NCBI GenBank assembly: GCA_035546035.1
Contig: DASZXC010000008.1
Location: forward strand, 5,202-69,201
Direction of reading: 5' to 3'
From: Minisyncoccota bacterium
GTDB taxonomy: Bacteria > Patescibacteriota > Minisyncoccia > Phycocordibacterales > UBA6065
DNA length: 64,000 bases
Below, in pieces: positions 19,328 through 27,838 of this stretch; the stretch's first letter is position 1; every line of letters starts with the position of its first letter. Under the pieces are notes generated by a model. The model had not been told where the DNA came from. It ran no database searches and worked only from the letters and a program-made list of their open reading frames with translations. The position numbers and the translations under genes were made by a program.

Positions 19328-20125
19328 TTAGAGCCTCCAAAGCCTGAAAGCGTTGTCTACGAGCTGTTTCCTGCCCTCTTCGAGACCGAGACCCTTCATT
19401 CCGATAAGATGATCAGCGGTATGGATCACGAACGACGGCTCATTGCGCTTGCCGCGCTCGGGAACAGGCGCGACATAAGGGCAGTCTGTTTCGGACATGA
19501 TGCGGTCGATCGGCGTAGCTGCGACGAGTTCTTTGTATTGACTTGCAAATGTCACGACACCTGTATAGGAAAGACAGAAACCGAAGCCGAGAAATTCTTT
19601 TGCATCCTTGACGCTGCCCGCAAAGAAATGCGCGTCGCCGCGGAGCTTGTCTCCGTACTTTTCCTTGTATGGCTTCAGCATATTTATGACGTCCTCATAG
19701 GCATTTCCACCCTCGCCCGAACGGATATGGAGCATGAGCGGCAGGTCGAGCTCGAGAGCCAATTCGATCTGACCGACAAACGCCGCTTTCTGGCGGGCGC
19801 GCTCTTCGTCGCTTGGATTGCGATAGTAATCGAGGCCGCATTCGCCTATGCCCACGACCTTGGCGCCGTTTTTTGCGAGAGAGCGATAGAAATCGGCGTT
19901 GAAAGCCTCTTCGTTCGCATGCATCGGATGAAGGCCGATGATGGCGTATACGCCGACAGGATTTTCAGCCGTCATGTATACAGCCTTTTTGGACGACTCC
20001 TCCCCTATGCCGATATTGATCATCCACACGCCGGCATCGAGGGCGCGTTTTATGACCTCGCCCCGGTCGGCATCGAAAACAGCGAAGTTCGTGTGAGCGT
20101 GAATGTCTACGAATCGCGGGCGCAT
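19328..20125 (-). CDS. tatD: TatD-family metal-dependent DNase/hydrolase
   Basis: 265 aa. VDIHAHT..., GECGLDYY, LHIRSG and the other TatD motifs. Confidence 0.85.
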   Translation of the reverse strand: MRPRFVDIHAHTNFAVFDADRGEVIKRALDAGVWMINIGIGEESSKKAVYMTAENPVGVYAIIGLHPMHANEEAFNADFYRSLAKNGAKVVGIGECGLDYYRNPSDEERARQKAAFVGQIELALELDLPLMLHIRSGEGGNAYEDVINMLKPYKEKYGDKLRGDAHFFAGSVKDAKEFLGFGFCLSYTGVVTFASQYKELVAATPIDRIMSETDCPYVAPVPERGKRNEPSFVIHTADHLIGMKGLGLEEGRKQLVDNAFRLWRL

Positions 20126-20132
20126 GGGTCTT

Positions 20133-21578
20133 TTAGTCTTTCCTCAAGAAAAGCGGCGTATCGGGCATCTTATGCTCTCGGACGAGTTCCTGAATAGCCT
20201 TGGCGGCCGCCGGCATGAACGGCTCGAGCTCGATGCCTATCTTCAAGACCTCCTTACCCAGGTACTGAAGATCTTTTTCGGCTCCTTCCTTATCTGTCTT
20301 TACCTTTTCGAAAGGGCGATTCTCCTGAATGAATTTATTGAGATCATCAATTCGGCCCCATATCTCATCGATCGCCGCTTTTATATCGAATCTTTCAAGT
20401 GCTTTCGAGGCGTATGACTTCTCTAAAAGCCAATCGCCTGGTTTTACGTCATACGTCTTCCTCATCTTCATGACGCGCGAGACGAGGTTACCGAGGCCGT
20501 TTGCTAGATTGGTGTTGTACGCGTTCTTAAATCGCTCCATAGTGAATGGAGAGTCTTCGAACGAGCTGATCTCGCGTGCGACGAAATAGCGCAGGGCATC
20601 GGTTCCGTACTCTTTTACGACGTCGACGGGATTCACGACGTTGCCGAGAGATTTGGACATCTTTATGCCCCCTTCGCCCGTGACGAAGCCGTTCACGACG
20701 ACGGTATGGGTCGGCGGCAATCCAGCGGCCAGAAGCATCGCCTGCCACATGACGGACTGGAATCGGGTATTGTCTTTGCCGCAGTACTGGGTCGGCGTGC
20801 CTTTTGCCCAGAATCTTTCGAAATCCTTCGCGTCTTCAGGCCAGCCGAGCGTCGAAATATAGTTCACGAGCGCATCGAACCAGACATACATCACGTGGCT
20901 GTCGTCGTCCGGCACGGGAACGCCCCAGGACATCTTTGATTTAAGGCGCGATATGCTGAAATCTTCCAGGCCGCGCTTGACGAATTCGCGCATCTCGTTC
21001 ATGCGGAAATCAGGGACGATATGATGACGCTTTGCATCGTCTTTGGCATCGTACAGCGCTAAAAGCTTGTCGCTGAACGCGCTGAATCTGAAGAAATAGT
21101 TCTCTTCGCTTATAGTCTCGATCTCGAGATTCGGATGGATCGGGCATTTGCCGTCTACGAGCTCTGAATCGGTCTTGGTCTCTTCGCAGCCTATGCAGTA
21201 TTTCGATTGATAGTTCTTTTTGTAGATAAAGCCGTTCTTCGCGACCCTCTTCCAGAACTCCTGCGCCGCCGTTTCATGATGAGGATCGGTCGTGCGGATA
21301 AAATGGACGTCTTCAGATATGCCGAGCGCGGGCAAAAGGGTCTTGAAGCTCACCGCGCTCTGGTCGACGAATTCCTGGACGGGCATGCCGGCCTTTTCGG
21401 CGGCCTTAAAGAGCTTCTGTCCGTGCTCGTCGGTGCCGGTATTGAAGAAGACCTCATAGCCGGAAAGCTTCTTCCAGCGGGCTATGATGTCGGCGCGCAC
21501 GAATTCGAGCGCGTGTCCCATATGAGGCTCTGCGTTCACATATGGCAGGGTCGTCGTTATATAGAAAGTCTTGGACAT
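20133..21578 (-). CDS. metG: Methionyl-tRNA synthetase (minimal form)
   Basis: 481 aa. PYVNAEPHMGH (HIGH-type). KMSKS (GIKMSKSLGNVV). Zn-knuckle cysteines CIGCE...GKCP. Confidence 0.85.
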   Translation of the reverse strand: MSKTFYITTTLPYVNAEPHMGHALEFVRADIIARWKKLSGYEVFFNTGTDEHGQKLFKAAEKAGMPVQEFVDQSAVSFKTLLPALGISEDVHFIRTTDPHHETAAQEFWKRVAKNGFIYKKNYQSKYCIGCEETKTDSELVDGKCPIHPNLEIETISEENYFFRFSAFSDKLLALYDAKDDAKRHHIVPDFRMNEMREFVKRGLEDFSISRLKSKMSWGVPVPDDDSHVMYVWFDALVNYISTLGWPEDAKDFERFWAKGTPTQYCGKDNTRFQSVMWQAMLLAAGLPPTHTVVVNGFVTGEGGIKMSKSLGNVVNPVDVVKEYGTDALRYFVAREISSFEDSPFTMERFKNAYNTNLANGLGNLVSRVMKMRKTYDVKPGDWLLEKSYASKALERFDIKAAIDEIWGRIDDLNKFIQENRPFEKVKTDKEGAEKDLQYLGKEVLKIGIELEPFMPAAAKAIQELVREHKMPDTPLFLRKD

Positions 21579-21590
21579 AGAAATGAGCCT

Positions 21591-22718
21591 TTAGGTCTTA
21601 GGCTGCTTTTTGGTGCGGCCTCGCTCCATATCGTCTATAAGCTCGACGAGAAGGGTCGAAGCCGGGACAGAGAGGATGATACCAAGGAATCCAGCGAGCT
21701 TGTAGCCGACGAGGAGCGATATGATGACGAGGATCGGATGGACGCCCACGATCTTCTTCACGACGAGAGGATATATGAGATGATTTTCGAACTGATGGAC
21801 GATCAGATACAGGCCTGCGACGATGAGGGCCGACGACGTCCCCCCATCGTTATACGACGCTGCTACCGCAGGGACGGCGGCAAGTATCGGGCCGAAGAGA
21901 GGGATCATCTCGAGCGCGGCCGCAAGAACGGCGAAGAGGAGCGCGTTCTTGACGCCAAGGACGAGAAGACCGAGATACACCAGAATGCCGACCAGAAGCG
22001 CGAGCACGATCTGACCCTGCATCCAGAGGCCGATCTTGGTACGGACCCTCCTCCAGAGGTTTATGGCATACGATTCGTCCGGATCAGGGATTATGACGCG
22101 CATCAATTTTTCAACGCCGTCTTCCTGGACGGCGAGATAGAACGAGAGCACGACGATGAGGATGAACGACAGCACGCCGCCGAACACCGAGCTCGCCGAA
22201 TGCACGAATCCTGCGGAGACCGAGCTTATAGCTTCATCGATGGACTGGAGAACGCCCTGGATGGAGTATTCGTCCGGCTGGACTCCGGTAGCGGTGATAA
22301 GGAGCTTATTCTGGGCCGTTGTCTGGACGCCATGGGAGATATTCGCTGCGACCACAGAAGTAGGCTCGTTCGCGGGATTGCCGAGAGGATTCCAAAGGGA
22401 CGAAGATTCGATGTATTGCGGCACCGAGCTCAAGAATTCCGACGTATCCTCGAGAAGCCGAGGGATAACGGTATAGAACGCGCTGACGACGAGGGCCGCG
22501 ACGGCTCCATAGATAATAAGCGCCGAAAAGATGCGCGGGATCTTCTTGTCCATGAGCCAGTGGATGCCCGGCTCGATCGCTGACGCGATGACGACTGCCG
22601 TCAAGACGACGAGGATGATGTCTTTGAGGGCGAACATCGCTATCGTGAGGAGCGCGAGAAGTATTGCCCTGGCTATGGTGCCGGTCGTTATTTCGATCCT
22701 CGTTCCCGGATTCTTCAT
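21591..22718 (-). CDS. AI-2E family transporter (PerM/UPF0118-like permease)
   Basis: 375-aa polytopic membrane protein with AI-2E-like topology and motifs. Confidence 0.65.
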   Translation of the reverse strand: MKNPGTRIEITTGTIARAILLALLTIAMFALKDIILVVLTAVVIASAIEPGIHWLMDKKIPRIFSALIIYGAVAALVVSAFYTVIPRLLEDTSEFLSSVPQYIESSSLWNPLGNPANEPTSVVAANISHGVQTTAQNKLLITATGVQPDEYSIQGVLQSIDEAISSVSAGFVHSASSVFGGVLSFILIVVLSFYLAVQEDGVEKLMRVIIPDPDESYAINLWRRVRTKIGLWMQGQIVLALLVGILVYLGLLVLGVKNALLFAVLAAALEMIPLFGPILAAVPAVAASYNDGGTSSALIVAGLYLIVHQFENHLIYPLVVKKIVGVHPILVIISLLVGYKLAGFLGIILSVPASTLLVELIDDMERGRTKKQPKT

Positions 22719-22730
22719 GACGTAATGATA

Positions 22731-23999
22731 CTACGATACGGCCTTGATAACAGCCTCTCTGTCTATTCCTTTTCCTATCGCCGCGACAGTGAGCCTGTCC
22801 TTGTCAAAGACGACCTTTGCGACGCGCATAATGTCTTCGGCCGTTATCTTGTTCGCGATCGCCTCAAATTCTTCGGGAGTGAGTATCTCGCCGTCATATG
22901 CTTCCTGGTCGCCACAATATGACGCCACGTCGTCAGAGGTTTCGAGCGACATCAATCGGTGGGCACGGGTGAATTCTTTGACCTTATCGAGCTCGTCCTT
23001 AGTAATCGGCTCGTTTTTGAGCTTTTCCGTCTCCGCGACGATGGCAGCGACTATCTCCGGGACACGAGCGTGCGTCGTGCCCGTCGTGATAGCGAAGAAG
23101 CCGAAGCTGGTATGAAGCGCCTGCGCGGCAGATATGTAGTATCCCGATCCCATCTCATCGCGCAGGCGCATGAAGAGGCGCGAGCTCATGCCGCTCTTGA
23201 GGATATTCTTTATGATACGGGCTATGTCACGGTCGGGATGCTTCCTGTCGAACGTCCTCCAGACCATGACGATATGCGCCTGATCGGTGTCTTTGTCCAC
23301 GAAGACAGATTCGGGCGCCTTCTGGTCTTTGTTCATCGTCAGGAATTCCGGTCGCGGCTTTTCGGACGAAAGGCTGGAGAAGCTCTCAGTCGCCCATGCG
23401 AGCATATCGGATTCGTTGACGCCTCCGGCGATGGTCACGACGACGTTCGGGGCTGTATACTGCGAAGTCCTGTATGCGACGAGCGCCTCGCGCGTGATGG
23501 CCTGTACGCTCTCTTTAGTTCCCAAGATATCGCGCTCGGCAGGCTGGCCTTTGAACATATGCTCGGCGACGGCGCGGCCGATCTTTTCCTGCGGATCGTC
23601 CTTGTACATGTCTATCTCGCCCATGACGACGCCCTTCTCTACCTCGATCTCCTTTTCAGGGAAGGTCGAGTTCTTGAATATGTCGGCGACGATGTCGGCA
23701 ATGCGGCTGAAATGCCTGGTATCGGCCTTGGCCCAGTATCCCGTCACCTCCTGGGACGTATAGGCATTGTAGACGGCTCCGATGGAATCGAGCTCCGTCG
23801 TTATCATGCGTGCCGACGGGCGTTTGACCGTGCCTTTGAAGCACATATGCTCGAGAAAATGAGAGAGGCCCGCCTGATCGGGAAGCTCGTAGAACGAGCC
23901 CGTATTCACGGAAACCATCACCGTGACGGTCGGATTGTCTTTCATCGGAGCCGTGACGACCCTGACTCCGTTCGGCAGTATGGTTTTCTTGAATAGCAT
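22731..23999 (-). CDS. M16-family zinc peptidase (insulinase/pitrilysin-like)
   Basis: 422 aa with the inverted zinc motif HFLEHMCFKGT near the N-terminus. Confidence 0.8.
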   Translation of the reverse strand: MLFKKTILPNGVRVVTAPMKDNPTVTVMVSVNTGSFYELPDQAGLSHFLEHMCFKGTVKRPSARMITTELDSIGAVYNAYTSQEVTGYWAKADTRHFSRIADIVADIFKNSTFPEKEIEVEKGVVMGEIDMYKDDPQEKIGRAVAEHMFKGQPAERDILGTKESVQAITREALVAYRTSQYTAPNVVVTIAGGVNESDMLAWATESFSSLSSEKPRPEFLTMNKDQKAPESVFVDKDTDQAHIVMVWRTFDRKHPDRDIARIIKNILKSGMSSRLFMRLRDEMGSGYYISAAQALHTSFGFFAITTGTTHARVPEIVAAIVAETEKLKNEPITKDELDKVKEFTRAHRLMSLETSDDVASYCGDQEAYDGEILTPEEFEAIANKITAEDIMRVAKVVFDKDRLTVAAIGKGIDREAVIKAVS

Positions 24000-24022
24000 G
24001 CGCCTAGTGTATAGGCGAACGG

Positions 24023-25372
24023 CTATTTATTCAATTTCTGGGCGAGATACGAGACGAGGTCCTTGAGGGCGATCTTCTCCTGATTGCCCGTGTCGCGGTC
24101 GCGGATTGTGAGAGGACTGCCGTCCTTTTCGATGGTATCGAAATCGACCGTGACGCAGAACGGCGTGCCGATCTCGTCCTGGCGGCGGTACCTCTTGCCT
24201 ATCGAACCGGCTTCGTCGTACTCGACAGCGCCGAATTCGGTGCGGAGGACCTTGTAAATTTCGCGCGCCTTTTCCGTGAGGGCTTCCTTGTTTTTAAGGA
24301 GCGGGAATACGGCGACTTTGACCGGAGCGACGTTCGGGGAAAGCTTCAGATAGACGCGCTTCTCGCCGCCGAGCTCGTCTTCGCGGTATGCGTCGGCGAG
24401 GATGGCGAGGATGGTCCGATCGACGCCGAACGAAGGCTCGATGACGTGCGGCACGAAGCGAACCTTCGCCTCTTCATCGAAATACGAGAGGTCTACGTTC
24501 GACATGGCGGCATGGGCCTTCAAATCGAAATCGGTGCGGTATGCGAGGCCGTAGAGCTCTTTCCTGCCGAACGGATAGTCGTATTCGAAATCGATCGTGC
24601 GCTTGGAATAGTGAGCCAAAGAATCAGCCGGCACTTCGAGCTCGTGGACCTTTTCCTTCGAAAGGCCGACGTCGTCCGTGAACGCGTGGACCTGTTCGAC
24701 GAAATGCTCGAACGTCGGCTTCCAATCCTTCGGGTCGACGAAATACTCGATCTCCATCTGTTCAAATTCGCGGACGCGGAATATGAAATCTCGCGGAGCG
24801 ATCTCGTTTCGGAACGCCTTGCCTATCTGCGCCATGCCGAACGGAAGCTTCGGGTGAAAGGTGTCTATGACGTTTTTGAAATTGACGAACATGCCCTGCG
24901 CCGTCTCCGGGCGGAGGTACGAGACCGCTGCTTCGTCTTCAGTAGCGCCGACGTAGGTCTTGAACATCATGTTGAACTGCTTTTCCGCGCCCAATTTGCC
25001 GCCGCATTCAGGGCATAGGCTCTTGGCTCGATTCTCTTCAGGGAGCTGATCGGCGCGGAAACGCCTCTTGCATTTCGAGCATTCGACGAGAGGGTCCGAG
25101 AATCCCGCGACATGTCCCGACGCCTTCCATGCCGTCTGATTCATAAGGATTGCAGCGTCCATGCCGTACATGTCTTCCCTGTCGGTGACGAAGCGCTTCC
25201 ACCAGAGGTTTTTCACGTTGTTCTTCAGGGCGACGCCGAGAGGGCCGTAGTCCCAGGTACCGGCCAGGCCGCCGTATATCTCAGAGCCCTGGAATATATA
25301 TCCGCGCCTCTTTGCGAGAGAGATGATGCTCTCCATTACCTGATTCGTCTGCTCTTTTTTCTTAGTTGCCAT
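24023..25372 (-). CDS. glyQS: Glycyl-tRNA synthetase (class II, alpha2 type)
   Basis: 449 aa. Its beginning (ESIISLAKRRGYIFQGSEIYGGLAGTWDYGPLG) is characteristic of GlyRS. Confidence 0.9.
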   Translation of the reverse strand: MATKKKEQTNQVMESIISLAKRRGYIFQGSEIYGGLAGTWDYGPLGVALKNNVKNLWWKRFVTDREDMYGMDAAILMNQTAWKASGHVAGFSDPLVECSKCKRRFRADQLPEENRAKSLCPECGGKLGAEKQFNMMFKTYVGATEDEAAVSYLRPETAQGMFVNFKNVIDTFHPKLPFGMAQIGKAFRNEIAPRDFIFRVREFEQMEIEYFVDPKDWKPTFEHFVEQVHAFTDDVGLSKEKVHELEVPADSLAHYSKRTIDFEYDYPFGRKELYGLAYRTDFDLKAHAAMSNVDLSYFDEEAKVRFVPHVIEPSFGVDRTILAILADAYREDELGGEKRVYLKLSPNVAPVKVAVFPLLKNKEALTEKAREIYKVLRTEFGAVEYDEAGSIGKRYRRQDEIGTPFCVTVDFDTIEKDGSPLTIRDRDTGNQEKIALKDLVSYLAQKLNK

Positions 25373-25385
25373 TGTGATTTCCTGA

Positions 25386-27305
25386 CTATTTTTGCACCGT
25401 CTCGTCGCCGTTCTTGTAGAAGAGGTCGCTCGTTATCCTGGTCGAAAGGTCAGGGCTCGTATTCTTAAGGCTCGAGCTCGTGAATACGTCCGTACCCGTA
25501 ATCGCTTGCTGAAGTATGAGCGTAGGCACCATGCCTGACTGATTCGCCGACGGGCGAAGCGATATCTGGAACGCCACCTGCTTTGCCCCCGATCCGACAT
25601 CGGCGTTTCGCGGCACATCGCCCACATCCCAGGTTATGGTGTCGGCCTGGTCGTCATAGCTGATATTGGCGTCTGCGGGGCTCACCGTACCCGTCCAGGT
25701 CACATAGGGAGGCAATACGGCCGTTACCTTCGCTCCCGTGATGGTATTCGAAGTATTCGTTACTGTCCAGATAACGGTATAGGTCGTCGGCTGGTCTACG
25801 CGCGGCGGTACAGGGCCGCTGTTACTGATGGGACCCTGGGAATGCACGGCGCGAGCAGAAAGGGAGAGGTTCGAGACAAGCCTGATCGCGCGCGAAACGG
25901 CAGTGTTCACGGACTGCGGGGCGCCAGTCTCGTCCACGCGGCTGCCCTGCGCCGACACAGAGATCGTGATGCGAGGATCGGACGTAGATTGGCCGAGCGA
26001 CGGCAAAAGCGACGAGACGGTAAAGCTTACCCTGCCGTCTGCGCCCGGAGCTATGGTCGTAAGGCTACCCGCCCTTCCCGCTTCCCAGATGACCGAATCA
26101 GTGAGCGAATCATAATAGCCGCCGTCGCTCACGGTCACGGAATTGCGGTCGAGCACCGGACCGGAAAGCTTAGCGACGATGCGGGCATTGGTTATCTGGC
26201 TCGCGCTGTTATTCGTCCACAGCACGTCGGCATGAACGGTGCGGCCTGCGGCCGAAGCGATATCGGCGCGATTGCCGTCGAGAGCAAGATCGACGCCGAG
26301 GAACGGCTTTTCGATGATGAACGTGTGGTCCTGGGTGACGATCGTCGTCGCTATCTCGCGCTCGTTCGTCGCGCTCTGGATGCCGACATCGGCATGGACG
26401 GCTTTTTCTTCCCCGTCCGTTCCCGAAGCGGTCGCGCGAAGCGTGATGACGCGCTTGCTGCCCGGAGCAAGGTCGCCGATGCGCCACGTATTGTCGCCGT
26501 ACGCGGCGGCAGGATTCGACGAGACGACGGAGAATCCGAACGGATAGTCGAGGGAGAGCAAGAGATCCTTGACCGGGGATGCCGTATTCGAGGAAACGGT
26601 TATGGTCATGTCGAACGACTCGCCGCCAAGCACCTTGTCGAGCGTATCTATGGCGACGACGATCGGAGAGGAAGAAATAGTGACATGATATACCTTCTCC
26701 TTGAAGAAGATCGCGTTCGATCCCGCGGTCCGGTATTCGGCGGTGAATTTGATGTCTTTGACATCGCCTTCCTGGCCATAGAGGAGGGCAGAAAGGCTCT
26801 TCTGGGCGACCGACTGGGAATCTACGTCTCCCATGGATACGCGCGTCTGGGTCAGGTCTTTCGAAGGGTCAGCGGGATCTTTGGTGCCGTCAGGATATTC
26901 GGCGATGAGGTCTACGAGCTGGATCGCTGTCTGGTTCTTGTTCGCGACGGTGACGCCCAGACGGAGCTCCTCCCCTCCGGAAACGGTCGCCGGACCCTCG
27001 ACGAGGATGTCTACGTTGTCCACCGATACGAAATTCCCTCCGGAAAGGAAGGTGTAGGCCGCTATGATAAGAGCGGCGAAAAGAAAGAGCGCCGAGCAGA
27101 CGAAGACTATCTTGTAGGCATAGCGGCGCTCGGAAGTGAGCGTCGGGACTTCGGCCGAATGGTCTTCAGGTCGATCCCATGATTCAGGGACCGCTTCGCC
27201 GCCCGCATGTATATCGTGGCGCGGAGCCTCCGTCTGGGAGACATTGCGCGAATAGAGGCCTTTCTTGAGCCGGTCGAGCGGGCTTTTCTTGTCGGATTCG
27301 AACAT
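25386..27305 (-). CDS. Large membrane-anchored extracellular protein with repeated beta-rich (DUF11/CARDB-like) domains
   Basis: 639 aa. A TM helix lies near aa 60-85. Ser/Thr/Val-rich repeated segments follow. Confidence 0.5.
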   Translation of the reverse strand: MFESDKKSPLDRLKKGLYSRNVSQTEAPRHDIHAGGEAVPESWDRPEDHSAEVPTLTSERRYAYKIVFVCSALFLFAALIIAAYTFLSGGNFVSVDNVDILVEGPATVSGGEELRLGVTVANKNQTAIQLVDLIAEYPDGTKDPADPSKDLTQTRVSMGDVDSQSVAQKSLSALLYGQEGDVKDIKFTAEYRTAGSNAIFFKEKVYHVTISSSPIVVAIDTLDKVLGGESFDMTITVSSNTASPVKDLLLSLDYPFGFSVVSSNPAAAYGDNTWRIGDLAPGSKRVITLRATASGTDGEEKAVHADVGIQSATNEREIATTIVTQDHTFIIEKPFLGVDLALDGNRADIASAAGRTVHADVLWTNNSASQITNARIVAKLSGPVLDRNSVTVSDGGYYDSLTDSVIWEAGRAGSLTTIAPGADGRVSFTVSSLLPSLGQSTSDPRITISVSAQGSRVDETGAPQSVNTAVSRAIRLVSNLSLSARAVHSQGPISNSGPVPPRVDQPTTYTVIWTVTNTSNTITGAKVTAVLPPYVTWTGTVSPADANISYDDQADTITWDVGDVPRNADVGSGAKQVAFQISLRPSANQSGMVPTLILQQAITGTDVFTSSSLKNTSPDLSTRITSDLFYKNGDETVQK

Positions 27306-27325
27306 GGATTGAATTATAGCACTCG

Positions 27326-27838
27326 TTAGAGCTGCGTTTCCTGGAGTGCTTTATTTATAGCCTGAATGACCTCCCTTTCGGCCTTGCCTTCGAGAGCGGC
27401 GAGGTCGAGATAGCCGAGAGAGGAAAGTATGCCGGAAAGAACATTGGTTTCTTTAGGCGGAACGTCGGAAGTAAGGGCGATAAGAGCCTGAAAGAGGGCA
27501 TCGTTGCGTTCTTGGCCTTGGACGAGGCGTCGGACGAGCGACAGCACCCTCGCGCGAGCGCGGAACGAATCGGCGTCTTTTCGCGAGATGTCGAGGTTTT
27601 CGGCGCCCGTAAGCCTCCAGACCTCCTTTCCTTTTACGAGCGAAAGGGTACAAAAGGCGTAGTCGTCAAGGTTATAGCGCAGTTTCGACTGCGCGAGGCG
27701 CACTCCCTGGGCCTTGGCGCGTATGAGGCCGAAGTCTTCGGTATAGACCGAATATATCTTGGACGCTTCGCCGGAAGGACCGCTCCCGACGATGAAACCC
27801 CTCGTGCTGTAGACCGCGTATGACATGACAGGCTGCAA
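27326..27838 (-). CDS. recO: RecO-like DNA repair protein (short form)
   Basis: 170 aa with an N-terminal OB-like region resembling RecO. It directly abuts the ileS stop. Confidence 0.4.
   Translation of the reverse strand: MQPVMSYAVYSTRGFIVGSGPSGEASKIYSVYTEDFGLIRAKAQGVRLAQSKLRYNLDDYAFCTLSLVKGKEVWRLTGAENLDISRKDADSFRARARVLSLVRRLVQGQERNDALFQALIALTSDVPPKETNVLSGILSSLGYLDLAALEGKAEREVIQAINKALQETQL

Noticed and set aside
21207-22583. 458-aa plus-strand ORF
   Set aside because: It is antisense to metG and the AI-2E permease, and is extremely Arg/Asp/Glu-rich.
25842-27182. 446-aa plus-strand ORF
   Set aside because: It is antisense to the large membrane protein 25386..27305 and Arg/Gly/Asp-rich.
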